A stretch of DNA of 64,000 bases, taken from Fimbriosthenelais zetlandica. Lineage: Eukaryota. The position numbers and the translations under genes are program-made. Of the stretch, positions 61,101 through 64,000 are shown one piece after another. The notes under the pieces were generated by a model. The model was given only the letters and a program-made list of their open reading frames with translations. It was not told where the DNA came from and did no database searches. Positions within the stretch are counted from its first letter, which is position 1, and every line of letters starts with the position of its first letter. The stretch spans positions 14,446,001-14,510,000 of the forward strand of contig OZ365112.1 in assembly GCA_977030845.1 (NCBI GenBank), written 5' to 3'.

Positions 61101-64000
61101 GAAGAGAATTTAAGTTGGTATATATTATATAAAAATCATCAAAGAACGATAGGATAGCGGCAAGTGAGATCATTCATTTGGATCATGTTGCCAATCTTAT
61201 AGTATGAATGAATTTGTAGAAACAATACACGTTACGAGATCCTATATAAGGGTCTGAGTGGAGCGTTATGGCCTGATGAGCCACTAATCATCCCGGTAAT
61301 TGAGATAAATATGACAGACATTTTGTCTTCCTCGAGGCAGAATACCATGAGGAGAGAAGGGAGCAGAATGGCCGTAATGAGCCTGTAAAAAGTCTCACCG
61401 TTAAGTGTAATGAGATGGCAAGGCAAAGAGGCTCCCAAATATAACTTATACCACTAGCAAGGAAGTGTTTCATCATAACTTTTTAACTTCCCAATACACA
61501 GCTACTGATGTTCACCAGCAACTTGAAATATTTCAACGCAAAATAATTAGTTTATTACTAATGAGGCACTGGCTTAATTAAGGGTATCAGGCCCGTCATA
61601 TGAACAGCAGATGGATGAAATTTTGTTAAACACGTAATAGAGTAAAATCGCAGCCTTTGTAGTCCTATAGTGGAAAATGAAATTCCCCCTAGCGATAGTT
61701 TAATTATCAAAGGGCACAAGGCAACCCCATATGCAATATGATTAATAATAATTAACAGATAAATTGTGTGCATGTGGTGTTAGTATGTGAACTGAGTTTA
61801 TGACTTGTACACAACCATCAAATGGAACCGGAAAGAAATCGGTTTACACGCAATAAAGCACCTGTGTGTATGTCTCACATCCGACGGTCGATCATGAATT
61901 AAGCCATATATGTATTTTATTGCGATTTCCACACACATAATTCAAAGTAATGATCCACATAAATGAGTGTTTTATACAGCGTTCTGGTATGGGCTGACTG
62001 AGGACGTAAAAGTCCCTCACCAGCCACATAGAGAAAACAAATTGATTATTTGAATGAAGTATCGAAGCATTCGTTTATGCAGCTGCTACAATTCAAGATT
62101 AAAATCTGATTTTTTATTGCTAGAGGAACTTAATGAATTAATTTATTATGTCTACGAACTCACATTTTGGTTTTAAGTGTAGGGCCTTGATAAATTTAAT
62201 GCAGAATGGCAGAGAAGGGAACACGTAGTAAGTCTCAGATTTTTTTGTGGTGGGGGTAGTGGGGAGTTATATAGGTAAGGGGACGGGAATGATAGGTAGA
62301 GGAGAGTTAAGTGGGGAGAAAGAAGAAAAACGTGTGCTTTTCACCCATTATCTTTGCCTTAACACACATGCCCATCCAGACCAGTCACCAAGGCAAATGC
62401 ATGACAACCAATGCATGTGTGATAAAAAGCAAAAGCATGCCATTATTATTCGAAATCTTTATGAGAATGAACAGAGTATAAAAACTTTGTTCACCAATGG
62501 CTCTATTGGTATAATATGTTCGCCATGTTAAAAGGTGTGGGTTTGAGTGGGGAAAGGTAGGTTTCTTTTTGTGAAGCTGCAGGTGTTTCAAGGTAAATGT
62601 CTGTGAAACACAATCATCAGACTCCAACATCAAAGGTTTGTAGGGCCTAATGAGAAAGGTGTCATACCACAGGTGCAGCGTGTCAGGGTCAGGCAGAAAG
62701 GTGCGAAACTTGGCACACCTTTACCTGCTCTACTGCCAACACAGAACGTGAGGCTATCAGGCTTTACTGTGGTGTATTGTATAAAAAAAATCCCCTCCAG
62801 GAACAATAGAGGATGCTTGTGTTCATTTTGACATTTGATGGATATTAGGTTGTTTAAATATTGTGATGCTTATGTGTGATGGAAGGATATGGAATTGGGT
62901 GCATGGTATGTGTAAAGTAATCGAGCATTAACGAACAATCTTCTTTATACTAATAGATGCTTATTGACTTTACCAACCGATGGATGGTTATTTATTTAGG
63001 CAGCATGACTGATTATTATAGTTATATTGAACTTTCTACAGCATGTGAAGAGTTAGTGTTTGTGGGATTTCTAACCTTTATCTCATTACTTCATTCTTCT
63101 AATCACTTATTTTGTTAAATGTAGCGCCAGCTTGAATGGCACAATGTTAACCATTAATGACAACATAGTATTTGCCATAAAATAATTCACATATTTTATG
63201 TTGACTGCTGAGACAATAATCTTTATGAATACTGACCAGATTTAAATAAATCAATACAGATCCATGAACCTGTTTTATTAACCTAGGTAGAATAAACATC
63301 ATTCATCAATATTGGCTCCAGCTTGAACTTTCTCTAGTGATTAAGCCAATTGAAAAGTATTTTATTTGTATTAGAGTCATCATTTGTATGTTTCGGCTGC
63401 TCTCATATTCAATCCATGGCACTTATTTCCTACAGCAACTCTGATTATTTCCTCTCTCCATGACAATCATTACCATATTCAACACTTCACTCTCAATTAA
63501 TATTCTACCAGCCCACTGACATTCATGGATATAATCGCCAGTACACGGTTGCAAAGAAGTGGCAAATAATACTATTCGAAATTCTGACATGTGAGTTGTC
63601 GCGAAAGGATATTATACACTTCCAAACACAGATTGATGAGATAAGCTCAAGCTCATGCAAGTACAATTTATATTGCAATGAAAGTATCCCGAATATCTGA
63701 CCAATCAGTTGAATATTAATATATCCTATAACACTTCTTTACAACATTGTGCTCCTGGCTTCCATAAGGATTGCTTTTATAGCGTTATGATTAATGCCTT
63801 ACATATTAGTTATGACTCAATACAATTGGCAAACCTTGCCAACCACTAAGGCAAGTAAATAGCACTGTCTCCTGACCCCGACCATAGTGCCCTGCTGACC
63901 GTTGTGACGTCATCATCGACTAGGAAAGTGACCCTTGTCCATTGTTATTGGGTGGTAGTGGGAGCCAAGGGTCATGCTCCTTGGTTCACCATGGTCAGCC

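Noticed and set aside
140-62633. Remaining 60-150 aa ORFs in the track, and any CRISPR, operon or rRNA interpretation
   Set aside because: The ORFs are low-complexity or random-composition. There are no regularly spaced repeats or RNA-gene signatures, and the DNA is clearly eukaryotic.
46541-64000. Canonical perfect DR2/DR5 RARE 3' of Hox1
   Set aside because: Manual checking of RGKTCA half-sites found only imperfect pairs (48387 DR5 with one mismatch, 56511 DR1, 63969 DR8).

Overview
Eukaryotic (bilaterian, most likely lophotrochozoan/annelid-like) genomic DNA covering the anterior end of a Hox cluster. Two homeobox genes lie on the + strand in canonical order. The first is the terminal coding exon of Hox2/proboscipedia (7632-9805: homeodomain plus a 648-aa low-complexity tail; exon 1 lies upstream of the window). 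The second is a complete two-exon Hox1/labial gene (25490-26120 joined to 46227-46540, 314 aa, 20,106-nt phase-1 intron). The rest is non-coding, with no recognisable transposase, RNA gene or CRISPR array. The strongest non-coding signals are: three perfect miR-10-family 8mer target sites within 2.1 kb downstream of the Hox1 stop, interleaved with poly(A) signals; a candidate Hox1/Pbx/Meis autoregulatory element next to a CCAAT-E-box-CCAAT Hox1 promoter; a dense TGACAG (Meis/Hth) array in the Hox1 intron; a candidate spliced antisense RNA diverging from the Hox1 promoter (HOTAIRM1-like position); and an excess of RFX X-boxes. All regulatory calls come from reading motifs by eye and need alignment or functional confirmation. 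Species identity cannot be fixed from this sequence alone.
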